Positions 50,495 through 64,000 of a stretch of 64,000 bases of DNA are shown here, in pieces (position 1 is the stretch's first letter; each line of letters opens with the position of its first letter). Under the pieces are notes generated by a model. It made no database searches, was not told where the DNA came from, and saw nothing but the letters and a program-made list of their open reading frames with translations. A program made the position numbers and the translations under genes. Source of the stretch: Octopus bimaculoides (Eukaryota); assembly GCF_001194135.2 (NCBI RefSeq), contig NC_068981.1:172037162-172101161 (forward strand). The letters run 5' to 3'.

Positions 50495-51353
50495 TACGAG
50501 GTGGTATCAAAGGATGCCCGGACTAGTTATGTTTAATAAAAAGTAACCTATTTACCTAAGTTTTAACATCATCACCTTCGAAATAGTCATATTGCACAGC
50601 AATACACCAACGTTCCTGCCACTTTTTGGAATCAGGCCTAGAAATCGTTTTCCGTTAGCGAGTCGATGACCTTCTGTGATTCGCTCTTGATCTCGACAAC
50701 GTTATTAAAACGGCGACCTTTGAGCTGCATATTCTTCTTCAGGTAAAGATGGAAGACTGCATGTGCCTAATCTGGCGAATAGGGCAGGTGTGGAAGCGAT
50801 ACGATGTTGTTTTTGGCGAGAAACGCACGAGTGAAGAGAAGTCGGTGACGAATCCAATCCTTCGATTTCACCGAATGTCTCCCTCAGACGCTTCAAAACG
50901 TCGCAGTAAAATTCTCGATTGACGGAGGACTAATTCTCTATGCACAATACCACATTTCCGGGGGTGACGCTTGTGGAAAGTCTTCCAGATCGCTCATCAT
51001 CTTCCAGGAACGTTCTTCCGCTTTTGAAGCACTCGTGCCACTCGAAACACTGCGTACGACCCATTGCTTTGTTGCCGTAAGCTTTCCGAAGCATGCTCAA
51101 TGTCTCTGTAGCAGACTTCCCAAGATTAACGCAAAATTTCCCGTTGGCTCTTAGTTCCTGTCCATGACAAAATTACAGAGTAGCATACACATTATCACAA
51201 AAACACAAATTTCACAACTTGTGAAGTAAACACAACGATGTCACTCGGCACACTGCCACATAAAGGTCGCTACTAGGTCCCACTGCGCATGCAATCATGT
51301 GCTGCCATCTGTTGGCGTGCTACAGAACTAGTCCGGGAACTTTTTGATACCAC

Positions 51354-51359
<6 letters not shown>
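50495..51359 (-). mobile_element. Internally deleted mariner (CGAGG-type TIRs), about 865 bp
   Basis: TIRs TACGAGGTGGTATCAAAGGATGCCCGGACTAGTT / AACTAGTCCGGGAACTTTTTGATACCACTTCATA. Minus strand KFCVNLGKSATETLSMLRKAYG...EDDERSGR, then PHLPYSPD...LKGRRF. Confidence 0.92.
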
Positions 51360-51385
<26 letters not shown>

Positions 51386-51395
51386 NNNNNNNNNN

Positions 51396-51442
<47 letters not shown>

Positions 51443-52574
51443 TGGGGTATATGTATGTATGTATGTATGTATGTATTATGTATTATTGGAAGTTATGCTA
51501 TTATTAGAGAATAACAAAGCAGCTATATCTTTGAAGATGCAAATTCACGGAACCCATGGGGAACAAAACTAAATATGCTTAAATGGAGAAATTATCGGAA
51601 AATAATGATCTGGAAATAGAAATAATTAGAATGTAAAGACTGGAAACAGAATCTCAATAATAACGGGTAATTCAGGAATGATCAGAAAAAAGCTGTAAGC
51701 AAATATATAGAAGTCAAATCCCACGATATACAGATATACACAACATATACAAAACAGCACTAAGTACTGCAGCGCGGACATATGCATACAAATAAATGAC
51801 GAAAACCTTAGGAGTAACAATAGTGGGTAGCATGCAACACTACTAGTCACCGCTGACATATTGCCCAGAGCAGTTTGAATGCAATAGAAATAACAGAACT
51901 AACATAAAACATTGCACATATCTAAAGATCAGAATTTGCCTCGATAATCCAGTGAAAGAACTCAATAAAAATGAGACTTATAGATAACACCATGGACAAT
52001 TATAAAGGTAACTTCTCATAAAATATGAAATTAAATGTAATAACATCACCAAAATCAAAATCAAATTCAACGTGAAAATTTTAGACGTACCACAGTAAAT
52101 AAATCAGAGATTTATGTTATGCACTACTTGTATTTAATACATAAAATATGTTTGTGTTTGTAATTGCGTGTCTGTTTAATTATCACTACTTTTTATTAGT
52201 TCTCTCTTGTTTTTTTATACAATCGGTAATCTTTACTTCCACAATTTGCTTTTCAAAATATTTACGAACACATCCGCTATTACCGCCTCTGTGGGAAAAG
52301 ACTATAACCGGTAACTCAGACTAAGAAGAGAATGTTTACAAAATGAAATATATAAAAAAATCTCCAAAAGCAATACCTCATTATGTTTTCCAACCCAAGG
52401 TAAACGGAGTAAGCACTCGTAAAGAACAAAATTACTAAAGAAAAGCAATAATAATTATGATAATTATATTTTTGCATGAAGTAAAACTTGGTGATATTCC
52501 AGTTGTTTCGGGAAACACGTTAGACATGCTAAACAACGTCTACTCATGGTAAACAACAACAGCAATGATAATAG

Positions 52575-52958
52575 TAATGGCTTCAAATTTTGGTATAAGG
52601 CCAGTAATTTCGGGAGAGGGGCTAACTCGATTACATCGGCAACATTGCTCAACCGGTACTCATCTTAGCGACCCCGAAAGGATGAAAGGCAAAGTCAACC
52701 TTGACAGAATTTGAACTCAAAACATGAAGAGGAACGAAATGCCGCTAAGAATCATTAAAACGACGAGCAAGATACCTATCGCCATTTTCGTCTGTCTTTA
52801 CGTTCAGAGTTCAAATTCTGCCGAGGTCAACTTTGCCTTTAATCCTTTTAGAGTCGATAAAATAAGTCCAGTTGAGCACTGGAGGTCGATGTAATCGAAT
52901 TTCTTCCTTCCCCGAAATTACTGGCCTTGTACCAAAATGAGAAACCAATGATAATACT
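52575..52958. mobile_element. Head-to-head inverted pair of 5'-truncated SINE family A copies
   Basis: The minus copy at about 52575-52750 and the plus copy at about 52784-52958 are mutual reverse complements over about 170 bp. Confidence 0.8.
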
Positions 52959-53036
52959 ATAAATACAATAAATTCCAATTTGGTATATACTTGTAGAAAG
53001 CAGTATAGGATCACCTTAAGTAATTTCTCAAAAGAT

Positions 53037-53049
<13 letters not shown>

Positions 53050-53067
<18 letters not shown>

Positions 53068-53760
53068 GGATCATTTGTTGGGTCTGCAGGAACAAGCAAT
53101 GGACTCTGCATACCTTTTTAGACCAATGTGATTGATGTTTGAAATAGAATTCCAGAGAGTGCATGTTCTGGAAAGGAAGAACTAGTATAGCGATTAGCAA
53201 GGGATCTGGGTGTTGGACACCACAAGATGAATGAGAGGAAAAGAGACGAGTGGGTTGGAAATGCGTGTGTGGAATTGGCGTCACCAGTCAGATGCGAGGA
53301 GCCATGGCCTTTGTAGCAGCGCTAGAAAAAGGAGAGAGAGGAGACAGTGTGCCTGTGGGTTACGATTAAAATATAGTTTTTGGTCTTTCAAACTTTCGAC
53401 ATTCTGATTGTTATTTGAAATTCAGTTTTCTCATACGCAGCTTTCCTACGTTCGGGCTTATGAAGCAAACTTGCTGGATGTGTGAGGATTGTTATATCAT
53501 TGAGGTAAAGAAGGATAGAACATGGGAGACAAAACCGAACCCTGGGGCACTCTGGAATTAACAGAATGAGGGAGAGAAAAGGTTACGTTAATACATACGT
53601 TGATAGTGTGATCTGATAGTTAGCTACCGATCCAAGAGATGAGATACAGGTGGAGCCCTTACAAGGCAGTTTCTATGAGGGATTTTCATCCTTTCAGGAA
53701 CAGCCGAAAGCTTTGCTGATGCTGAGGGCGACAGTATTGCTTTTATTGATGGAAAATGTA
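53050..53760 (-). mobile_element. CR1/L2-like LINE 3' remnant
   Basis: Minus strand VALSISKAF and HSVNSRVPQGSVLSP, plus C-terminal LSPF...HTHFQPTRLFSSH remnants. Confidence 0.7.
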
Positions 53761-54151
53761 GGTCACTACTAGGGGTTTATGGAAAGCATTCTGGTTTTCA
53801 TTAACGACCACACACACACACACATACACACACATATATACATACACATACACACACACACACACAGACACACACATATATATATGTATATATATATACA
53901 AACAAGCGCACGCGTGCATGTGTGTGTGCATGTTTATATGTGTTCAGGTATAAATGTTTATGCCTATGTTCTTCTTAGACTTAGTCGTTCGACAAATAGA
54001 TATATAACCAGTAAAAGGCTTTCAAGAAATTGTGAGGATTACTCTAAATGAATAAGCCATTGAAGATAGTATTCCAATATAGCCGCAATCCAGTAACTGA
54101 AACATACATACAAAGAAAATTATACATGTATAGATATAGAAGTACACAGAC

Positions 54152-54187
<36 letters not shown>

Positions 54188-54442
54188 CACATGTAAACGT
54201 AGACGTATCGTTCGTCGGTTTCGATAAGTATACCAGAACTACCTGTTCATTGTATTAGTCCGTAAATGGTTGTCTATTCCGCAATAGTTTGTATCCTTAA
54301 TGTGATCTTCGAGTAGCATCAGCCTGACATTTAGTTTTAAAAAATTGCCCTTTGAATTAGCGATGCAGTCTACATATGTGCTTTCGCGAATATTCTGCCT
54401 CGCAATTTCATTTACAATGCTTGGGTCGACCGAAAACTAAAG

Positions 54443-54524
54443 TAAAAGATTCATACAGGGAAATGGAACCAGGGATTTCATATTTAAAAGATTCATACTG
54501 GGAAATGGAACCAGGGATTTCATA
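54443..54524. repeat. 42-bp tandem duplication
   Basis: TAAAAGATTCATAC(A/T)GGGAAATGGAACCAGGGATTTCATA at 54443 and 54485; the core resembles a reverse-complemented tRNA B-box. Confidence 0.85.
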
Positions 54525-55889
54525 TATGCGGGGTGAACTTCTTAAACACCTGACCATGTTTGAGCCCACAAGAAAACACACACACACACACATACATATG
54601 TATTCACACGTCCATATATACATATGGAATGCATGAACACACACACACACACACACACACACATTTAAGAGTGAAGCACAAACACTTGTATACTAAAGTG
54701 AAACTCGTATCTCCCACACACAAACACACGTTATCCATGGCCTTAAACATGCATATATAGACATATCAACCGATTCAAACAACCACAAGCCCCCAACACC
54801 AGTCTTAAGTGAAACAAAAGAGCCTCACTAGTTGGTTAGTAGCCAACTTAAATTCGCCAACTTGAATAAATCCCAAAGAAAATGTACTTCATACATACAT
54901 ACATACATACATACATTATACATACATACATACATGCATTATACATACATACATATATACATGCATACATACATATATACATGTATACATACATATATAC
55001 ATGCATACATACATGCATGCATGCATACACAAAAGCTTTACTTTCTTACATTAACATAGAATAAAATCTCTGGTTTCCTTGCTGTACTTGTACGGCTGCT
55101 CAATGTGACAATATCTTCAAGCCCAATCACTACTACCAACACTCCCCACACAAAATTAGTATTTCCCAAACACCACACATTTTCTCTTAATTATATTACT
55201 TCCAGCAGCGACAGTGTCGTCTATAATTTATTTCTGTCTGATTTTACAGTCGTACAGTAAAAATTATAATGACGATGACGATGTTGCTGATATGAGTATA
55301 GTGATAATTTCTATTTTCCACAGGGTACAGAGATATTGCAACGCAGTAGAATGACATACAAATAACAGATATAATAGGATCTAATGCACAGGCAAAGATA
55401 CTTACATACATACATATATACCATACATACAACGTACATACATATACATAAATATACTTAAATATAGAAAGACAGAGAGAGAGAAAGTGTATAGAAATTA
55501 TCTTTCATGCTTTTACTGATTCCAGCCTGTGAGGAGAGGCATCTATGCATGTGTATATAAGTGGGGAGGGGTGCATACACACATTTATAAATGGGAAGAT
55601 CCAATAGAGAAGAATTGTTATGCTACTACTAATGGTTAAAAAAAGGCACATTTTGGCTGAGAAACAATTATACAGATCTATCGGTATTAAGTGAATCTTA
55701 GTAATGGCGAGTGATACAGATTTTAAACGAGAAAATATGAGTTTATCATTGTTATATCTTCTAAGATTTTGACTCAAGCTGTTTGTTTCGAAATATATGG
55801 AGTTATAATTAACTCGATATAGTAATATATATATATGTATATATTACTATCGCAAATATGAGGGTAGTAAATTAAAATAATTTATTACC

Positions 55890-55931
<42 letters not shown>

Positions 55932-56339
55932 TATGTATTCGGATGCGCTGCTTTCGCAGATTCCCATGACTCTTTGTCGCCATCCAATTCCATTATTATG
56001 AATTTGAATTGGAACCTTGAGTCGCAGTGAATCTTTCATTAGCTGATCACACAACCATTGCCGTTGCCCTTCTACGGATACATTGCAGTTACTTTCTTGA
56101 TAGAGCTTGGTGGTCCTGACCGTTAATCTTCTAGGATTCCTCTGCTTAGCATCATTGTAAGAAGCACTGTTTGCTCGCCTCTTCACAGTCCATCATGCTG
56201 AAATCCAATGGCCTAACAAGGTGGTTAAAAGGGTGTTATACTTTGCCTGTAACTATGCAGGGCAAGGTCGTTACCCTGTGAGGGGTTCTCAACAGGAATT
56301 TCTATAACAATAGGGTAGCTGTGCATATGTGGGCATATG

Positions 56340-56716
<377 letters not shown>

Positions 56717-56739
56717 CAAAGCTATAATAAATGAATGTA

Positions 56740-59530
56740 CTGAAGTGGATGGTTGAAGGACAAACAACTCCGATTATGAAAGCTCTACAGATGGGAAATG
56801 TAGTAGAAAATTATCGAGCAATCACCTACTTCAATCTGTTATGGAATTTTTTATCCGAGAAAATATGCAATCATTTGGTGCAAAATAAATTATTCTCAGC
56901 TGAACAGTAGGAGTCTTTTAGCAGCAAGCAAAACACACCAAAGCCCATCTGATCATTGACAATAGTATGATGGAAGACAGCAAGCAACGACTGATGGTCC
57001 TCAGTGTTAGTTTGACGTGCTGGGAAATGAACTTCATGTTGGACAAAAAACTCGTTAAATGTGGTATATTCTAAAATAACTATTTGTTTCCTATGATATT
57101 TGTTAATATATTAATACCTATCTCAATGACAACTGAAAAAAATCAGCATGGACTACAAACTAGGGAGAAGTACATCTTCAAATTTTTTAAATTCTCTGTT
57201 TCACAAGTCAGAAATAGAGATAAATTCACATGTCAAAACTATGAAATTAGGTTGCATTGATATTATGAAGGAGTTAGTAATCAACATGTATGACTTTAGC
57301 TATGAATAGTGAGAAGAATTTTATAGAAAGAACTGGTTTTAGAACCTGAAGACAATAAATTCAAGTCTCTTAGCTTACTATACGTCGATGATATGCATGA
57401 GGGAACGAAGGAAAAGCGAATACAATATATTAGTTTGTAACGAAAATTCTGTCCGTCTTTTTTGGTAAATATCTAGAAATATCTAGTTAGATTTAAAGGT
57501 AATTTAACTTCTCGATTCAATTTGAAATACAACGAAATCATTAATATATTATTTTCTTTCATTTTTGTCCCCAGATTTTGTCGATTTTCTCCAAACTGAA
57601 GCTGCTGTATAGGTCTTATGTTCACTCCAAGCAAAAAAAAAAACATATCTGTCATGTTATTCTTTATGTCTGTCGTGTCATTCTTTATGAATTTCAAAAA
57701 AAAGAATAGTGTAAGTGTAGCAGCAAAATCACTCTAAAACACTTATGGTGGTGGCATAGTAACTGAAAGAACGTGCAGAAAATGGTTTTTACGATTCAGA
57801 AATGGAGACTACTGGCGGCAGAATGGATAAAGAGAGAGGCGCCCAAAAGGGTTGCATCTTGACACATAGGCAGCCACTTCTGAAGCAAAACCGACTATTA
57901 CAGTTCGGAAATTAAAACCGGGTTTCAACGTGAGCCATACTATCATTCATCATGAATTGAAAAGGCTTGGTAAAATGTCAAAGGTAGGAAATGGGTTCCG
58001 AATGATCTCTCTCTACAAATATTCAGAAACAACGCCTTGACCGCTGTACATCATTCCGATTTTGGGTGCTGCAGATGCCGTTTTTGAATAGTCATTAGTG
58101 GAGATAAAAATGGATACTTAACCACAAGGTTAAGCAAAAACATTAGTGACTCAGACGTGTTGAAGAGCCAGCTCAGCAGTCCAGAAGTGGCCTGCATACA
58201 AGGGAAAGTCTTCTGAGTGAATGGTGGGATATACATGGAATAATTCATCACGAGCTGCTAGATGATAATCAATCAATAACAACCGATCTGTATTCCCAAC
58301 AGCGGCAAAAACGTCCATCATTAACAATCAGAAGAGGAGTCATCCTCCAACATGATAATCCTAAACTGCACACTCACAAAAGACCAAGGACCTCCTAGAA
58401 AAAAATTGCTAAGGAAATTATGCATCACCCACCATATTCTACGGTCCTCGCACCGACAGATTACCATCTCTTTAGATGGTTACAGAATCATTTGAGTAAA
58501 TTAAGACGTCTAAACTTAAGGAAAATTATGAATGTGGCATTAAAATGCTTATTGACAGATGGAAAGTGGTCGTAGAGAAGAATGGTGGCTATATTAACGA
58601 TTAAATAAATCAGATAAGGTCTTTTTTATTGCTTTATTGAGCCTTAAAAAACAGACAGAACTTTCGTTACAACCTGTTACTTGAGAAGATTAAAGCTTGT
58701 ATTGAAGTCCAAACTTACCACACTTATATCAAGGAATTTCATAAATGCGATAAATCTTGCTTGGCATGATGAATTGAACGAATGATGAAAAACAAGAAAA
58801 ACCCGAATTATACATACAATGCTTCATCGGAAAGTAAATATCAGTTGCTTATATATGAAAAGGAAGATCCAAGAGAGTATACTTATTCGCATTTCTTATA
58901 TGTACGGAGAGCAAAATTCAGCAAATTACTATTTTAATCAAGGTGAAAAAGAATGATTTAAATATGCTGTAACAGAACTAGGAATTGTGTTGAACTTGAG
59001 AAAAGAAGGCGTACTGGAGCAGGATAATTTGTGAAAGAAAGGAACTTTAGAAGAAATGCGGTTGTAAGAAGACATGAAGAATATGAAAAATTATAATTCA
59101 TCGTGGGAGTAACTCTAGACCGAAGATTTAATGAGAGAAACTGGGGGTGACTGTTCAAGATCAACACTAATTCAATGAATAATGATATTTGTTCCACTGC
59201 TTCAACGAGCAAGTGGTGGCAATGCAATCAAAAGTATAGAACATATTTAGCAGGCTGCCAAATATTACCTCAGAAACAATACAAGCGTTGGCATGATTAT
59301 TTATGCTGGTAACTTTAAAAAAAATATGGATACAATACTTTAGACGAGTGACACAATAACATACCAGAAAAGGTTTCAGTGAGCCTGGTAAATCAGAAAA
59401 TTTTGAGTTTTACATCCAGACAATCTGAGTTTTACATCTAGACAATAATTGAAGAGAGCAAATAACATACACATGAAAAAGAATGCTGCATGATAGAGAA
59501 TTCTCTCAGAAAAAACCTTTCCAGACAAAG
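56740..59530 (+). mobile_element. R4/Dong-like LINE, decayed, split by a mariner
   Basis: WMVEGQTTPIMK...VENYRAIT, SLLYVDDM before the insertion; LRRLKLVLKSKL and IEHI/AGCQILPQKQYKRWHD after it. Confidence 0.7.
57430..58677 (+). mobile_element. Full-length decayed mariner (1248 bp)
   Basis: TIRs TTAGTTTGTAACGAAATTCTGTC / GACAGAACTTTCGTTACAACCTGT with TA at 57428-57429 and 58678-58679. Remnants RVILYEFQK, TERTCRKWFLRFRNG, GVILQHDNP, HPPYSTVLAPTDYHLF. Confidence 0.92.
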
Positions 59531-59592
59531 ATTTAAATATGTTAATTTAAAGTTAGAGATATCAGGAATGTAGGAATGTCTAGCGATAAAGC

Positions 59593-59787
59593 CATCATCA
59601 TCATCATTAAAATCCCTTAACTGATGCAGCCAGTCGTTGGGGTGCCACTCTAGACGCTTTCATAGTCAACCGTCGCCACTGGGTTCTGTTCTCTGTCATG
59701 TGTAGCAGGTTCGCTGTGCTGTAATCTGTCCGGTCCTTGATGCTGTCAAACCAGAATTTTCTCTGCCTGCCTTTCTTTCACCCTCCC
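59593..59787 (-). mobile_element. RTE-clade LINE 3' end with (GAT)n tail
   Basis: Minus strand frameshifted GR.R.KxW.DNIK.WT...W.RLTMKAS pattern, ending in (GAT)n at 59593-59607. Confidence 0.65.
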
Positions 59788-60290
59788 ACTTTGACCAAGG
59801 ATGGCATATCTCAAAAGGAGACAAGACTCATTTTAGCCTCTGCTGCCATGACGAAACAGAACAACATATGGAAAAGCAATTCCATTAGTTTTCTAACAAG
59901 ATTTAGTGTGTACAAACCCTAGTGACTTCGATCCATCTGTATGGGTGTGAGAACTGGGCTCTTGCAACTGACATGGAGTGAAGAATCCAGGCATTTGAGC
60001 ATAATTGCTTCAGAAGACCATTACACTCCCGAACACAAGGTACAAAACGAACAGTTTTGTCAGACAGCAAGTCGACAAGTATACTGGCAGACAGGAACCA
60101 TTCCTTCTGTAGATAAAAAGACAAAAGCTCGTTTTGTACAGTCATGTATCCTGCTACAACTCCATGTCCAAAGTTAAAGTCATACTAGTTATTATCGGAG
60201 AATTAGCGTCAAATCTAAAAAAAAACTATCGTACCACCAGGAACGGTTGGACGAGAAGATAGGTATGCAACAGCTCTAAAACTTTGTCCT
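59788..60290 (+). mobile_element. RTE-clade LINE C-terminal fragment
   Basis: TLTKDG...AAMTKQNNIWKSNSISF...LYGCENWAL...RIQAFEHNCFRR. Confidence 0.85.
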
Positions 60291-60409
60291 CCATGAGAAA
60301 GGCACTTTCTGTTTAAAGCCTCGGTTAAAGCTTCACAGTTAGTTTGAAAAAAAATAACAAAAACAACTATTTTATATTCATACTGCGCAATGAAATAATG
60401 GTTTTTAAC

Positions 60410-60800
60410 TTAGGCACGAAGCCAAAAATTTTGAGAGGTGGTGGGTAGTTGATACCACCAACCCCTCTACTTGGCAGGCACTTTGTTTCATCGATTCCAG
60501 TAGGATGAAAAGTAATGCTGACTTCTGTAAGATTTTAACGCTAAACGTGAAAAGCAGGAACATACCGCAAGACATCTTGTTCTACATTCTAATGACTCCG
60601 CCTGCTACAAGTGCACGGATCTGAGAGATGGGATGTGGTCGAATGAATTGACTCTAGTTCTTCATCAATACTTGTTTTAAAGACTCTCAAAGGACGAAAG
60701 GCAAAGTCAACTTTGACTGGATTTGAACTCAGAAATCTAAATGTGTGCAAGAAAATGTCTCAGAGTATATTTGTTCGCCGCTTTGTCGATTCTGCCAAAT
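60410..60800 (-). mobile_element. Two degenerate SINE family A copies
   Basis: GGATGAAAAGTAATGCTGAC and GACGAAAGGCAAAGTCAAC...ATTTGAACTCAGAA reverse-complement body motifs. Confidence 0.55.
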
Positions 60801-60891
60801 AATGGTTACCACCACATTATTTCTACAGAATCATATTTCAGTGCGGATTACTTCACTCCTACTGTCTATATGCAGTGAAATCTACTTCACG

Positions 60892-60894
<3 letters not shown>

Positions 60895-60935
<41 letters not shown>

Positions 60936-61038
60936 TTATCTATTTATTTATCTCTATCTCCTTGTCTCTCTCTCTCTCCCTTCTGCTACCTCTCTTCCTG
61001 TGTGTCGTCCACCTTCTCCCTCTCCCCCTTCACTTACA

Positions 61039-61069
<31 letters not shown>

Positions 61070-61200
61070 AATCTCTCATTCTATCTTAATCTTTCTGTAT
61101 TTCTTTCTTTCTCCCTCTCTTTCTCACACTTATAGACACACTCTTTCGATCTATTTTTCTCTATTTCATTCTCTCCATCATTTTTCTTTTTCTCACATTT
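60895..61200. repeat. (TC)n-rich polypyrimidine simple repeat
   Basis: Direct reading. Confidence 0.9.
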
Positions 61201-61518
61201 AGATTCGTTAATTTACGAATATATAGTCTGTCTTCCGTCTCCATTGGCTGACTGGCTAACTGGCTGACTGGTTTACTGGCTGGCTGGTTGGATGGATGGA
61301 TGGATGGATGGATGGCTGGGTAGATCTTCAAGAGAAATTATTATTCTGACGGTTTCGAATTGGAAGACTAAAATAAAGTTGGTTGTTATAAACTGCAGAT
61401 AATCCATTCAATTTCATTGATTTGCAATTACATATTCCTGGTTAGAGCTGCAATGATATTAAATAGAGCAAAGCAGACGTTCTGCTTCATAGTCGATACC
61501 CTGCTGGCGCTGTTTAAG

Positions 61519-61572
<54 letters not shown>

Positions 61573-64000
61573 GTGAAAGCCTGAATCAATAAACTTGCTG
61601 ATGATCGCTATATCCTATAGCACTATTCCTGTTGCCGCTTATGTTTCTAACTCTTTCAGCTCACTCCTTCTACATAACCATACTACATATTGTTATTTCT
61701 GTGCCCTAAATTAACAGTTTCAGTTTCCTATACTGAAATGCAGCTGTTAGTTGTGCTATTTGCTTACTGTGATATTAACATAACAAAGACAATGTAATGA
61801 AAAAAAAATCTGAACTCCAAGCCTAACTCTGTATAATTCAGTCATATATGTATCCCTTCAGCATCAACCTTGTCCGTCAACCCACCAGTGTAGATAAAAC
61901 TTCTTCCCTATTAAAAAAAAAGTATAATTTTTTCAACAAAAACATCAGAATCTGAATGGTTGATTGGATATAATATTGATTTCTAACATAAGTACACGGC
62001 CAACAAATCTGCTGGGGAGGGGTCTAATCGATTAAATCGACTCCAATAGTAGAATAGGCGGCAGATTGGCAAAGTCGCCTGGAAGGCAGTGAATTGGTAG
62101 CATATTCAGAGCGTAGGTAAAAATACTTTCTGATGTTTGCTTCTGGGTTCAGATCATTCCGTTGTCAGTTCTCACTTTCATTCTTTTTCAGCATTGATAA
62201 ATAAAACATCAGTTCGGATAAGTGGATGGGCGGAATTCTTAGAACATAAGATGAGAATTCATACTGAAACTGATCTGTCTCTGTCTTTTCTAAGTTCAAA
62301 TTGTGTCTTGGGGTTGAAAGCGAGAGCTAACCACGCAAGCATCCCATCCAATCGGCAATTGGTCAATGTGCATTATGGCATAGATAACCGGCAATGGCAT
62401 GTCGAAGCTTCATTCAAATGCAAGAGAGAATCTGCTGAATGGAATGTATTTGAGTGGTAATTATTTAACGGAAAGATGAAATACAAAGTCTATTCTGGCA
62501 GGATGTGAGTTAGAAATTTAATGTGATATAACAAGGTATCACTATGCATTTTTCCAACAAGTTATCACTGCCCTACTGCTGCTACAGATAACTAAAATCC
62601 ATACTGAAAGCACTCCAAAGAAAGAATTTTTCCTTCGGTTATACTTGAAATAAAGTCTGGGTCGGAGTGAAAATACGTTCAGACGCCACGACAGTTAATA
62701 ATAAGAATGCTTTCTTTATAAACCTCTAAGGGTTTACAAAAAGATCGAAGACAGTACAGAATATAAAACTGCAATACAATGTGGGCTTACATTAAAACAT
62801 AAAAAGTGGGTTTACTTGCTTATATTACTTTTTTAACCTCTGAACAACTTTTTCTTCGTGTAATTTAGACTTCATTATGAGAATGTGATGTCTATAAATA
62901 TGTTATAGCATCAGAAGGATTGTATATCAATACACCTAACTATGCAGAAGGATTTGCTTTAATTCTTTTTAGAACATATTCTAATCTGAAGCAGCAAGAT
63001 TCAAAGTTAATAATCTTTGGTATATATATTTTCATGTTTATAATTTGTCATGGGCGTAGTTTTCAGCATAGACCTAAGATAATTTCAGCCAATTATTTCA
63101 TTTCACTTTTTGTTAGCTTCCCGACTTGTGTTTAGACAAAATATTTTTGTCGATAAGCATTTTAAACTGTCATATCACAGAAAGCTTTTCAAGTATTACC
63201 ATTATTCATCAGTAAAACAAAATGATAAACGAGTCAGAAAACTCGAGCTTACGTACGATCAACTTCAAAACAGTCGTTCGCTGTCAGTTTGTAACGCAAT
63301 AAAAGCGTGTAATACGACAAGCGTGAACAATCCATCAGTTACCTCTGAGTCGGATATCTACTCAAACAGAATCAAACTGTATGACTTTAGTTTGTCATGA
63401 GCTCTAGGACTCATAAGGTCGGAACTTTACCCGGTTTCTAGAGTTACTATCGAAAAATGAAAAAGTGTCAAAAACACAATATGAACTGCAGCAATCAACC
63501 AACTTAAATATTGCTGTTTTGATGCAAGATAGCTTTCACGGGTCAAACCTCGAATAGTGTTTCCTTGTATTTCTGATCAGAATACTTTCGTACTTTGCTT
63601 CAGTTCGCCAAGATGTTAGAAATAGATACCGTAGCAGCTGTTAATGTTCTTACAATAGCAGCATTTCTCCAGTGGGATATATATATATCTCCCATCCGTA
63701 AAATGCCATGAAATCTGAACTAAGCACCGGCCGTTAAAAAAAAAATCAAAAAACATTTCTTTGAAGATCGAAATGAACATTTTTCAGGACATTTTGCCAC
63801 GCACTCTGAAACATGAAAAATCGCTGAATTTTTATGTGGATAAGTGCCATCACTAGATTACATTTATTCACATAAAAAAACTAGTGCGGTTAGCATCAAT
63901 AAGATTCAAATCAATAAAGTTCAAAGCGCCGTAAGATATTTCTTGTCACAACGCACTCACTTCTTTTGTATTTCACTTTCTACTTGATATAAATTGTTTA

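Larger units (their letters stand above)
49267..51800 (+). mobile_element. 5'-truncated R4/Dong-like LINE with two nested insertions
   Basis: Starts at a decayed MDD motif; GLEICAKATF, RLILKTELN, HRHG...YWKLC, and DLEIEIIR...NIYKTAL remnants are collinear across the insertions. Confidence 0.7.

Noticed and set aside
63110-63400. 96-aa ORF preceded by a plausible splice acceptor
   Set aside because: No recognisable motif, and several ORFs this long are expected by chance across six frames of 64 kb.

Overview
Eukaryotic, AT-rich, microsatellite-dense draft scaffold with 18 N-gaps (about 3.9 kb in total), most of them next to simple repeats. The SINE families and repeat landscape look like a coleoid cephalopod, probably Octopus; this is recognition from memory, not a database check. 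I could not support any host protein-coding gene, rRNA, true tRNA gene or CRISPR array. The window is mostly decayed transposable elements. DNA transposons: eight Tc1/mariner-superfamily remnants, a mariner-type MITE and a hAT MITE. Helitrons: three segments, one with an uninterrupted 124-codon RepHel N-terminal ORF and a canonical 3' hairpin+CTRR. Retroelements: R4/Dong-like, CR1/L2, Tx1/L1, RTE and Penelope-like fragments, plus many tRNA-derived SINEs. Three separate R4/Dong-like LINEs are each split by a mariner. The best non-TE leads are a strand-polarised cluster of 10 forkhead-type motifs in a degenerate repeat (2.8-3.2 kb) and a CpG-enriched candidate minus-strand first exon with a CRE-like site and a uORF (10.8-11.0 kb). 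I found no convincing new biological system. Element boundaries are hand-estimated unless TIRs or TSDs are quoted.
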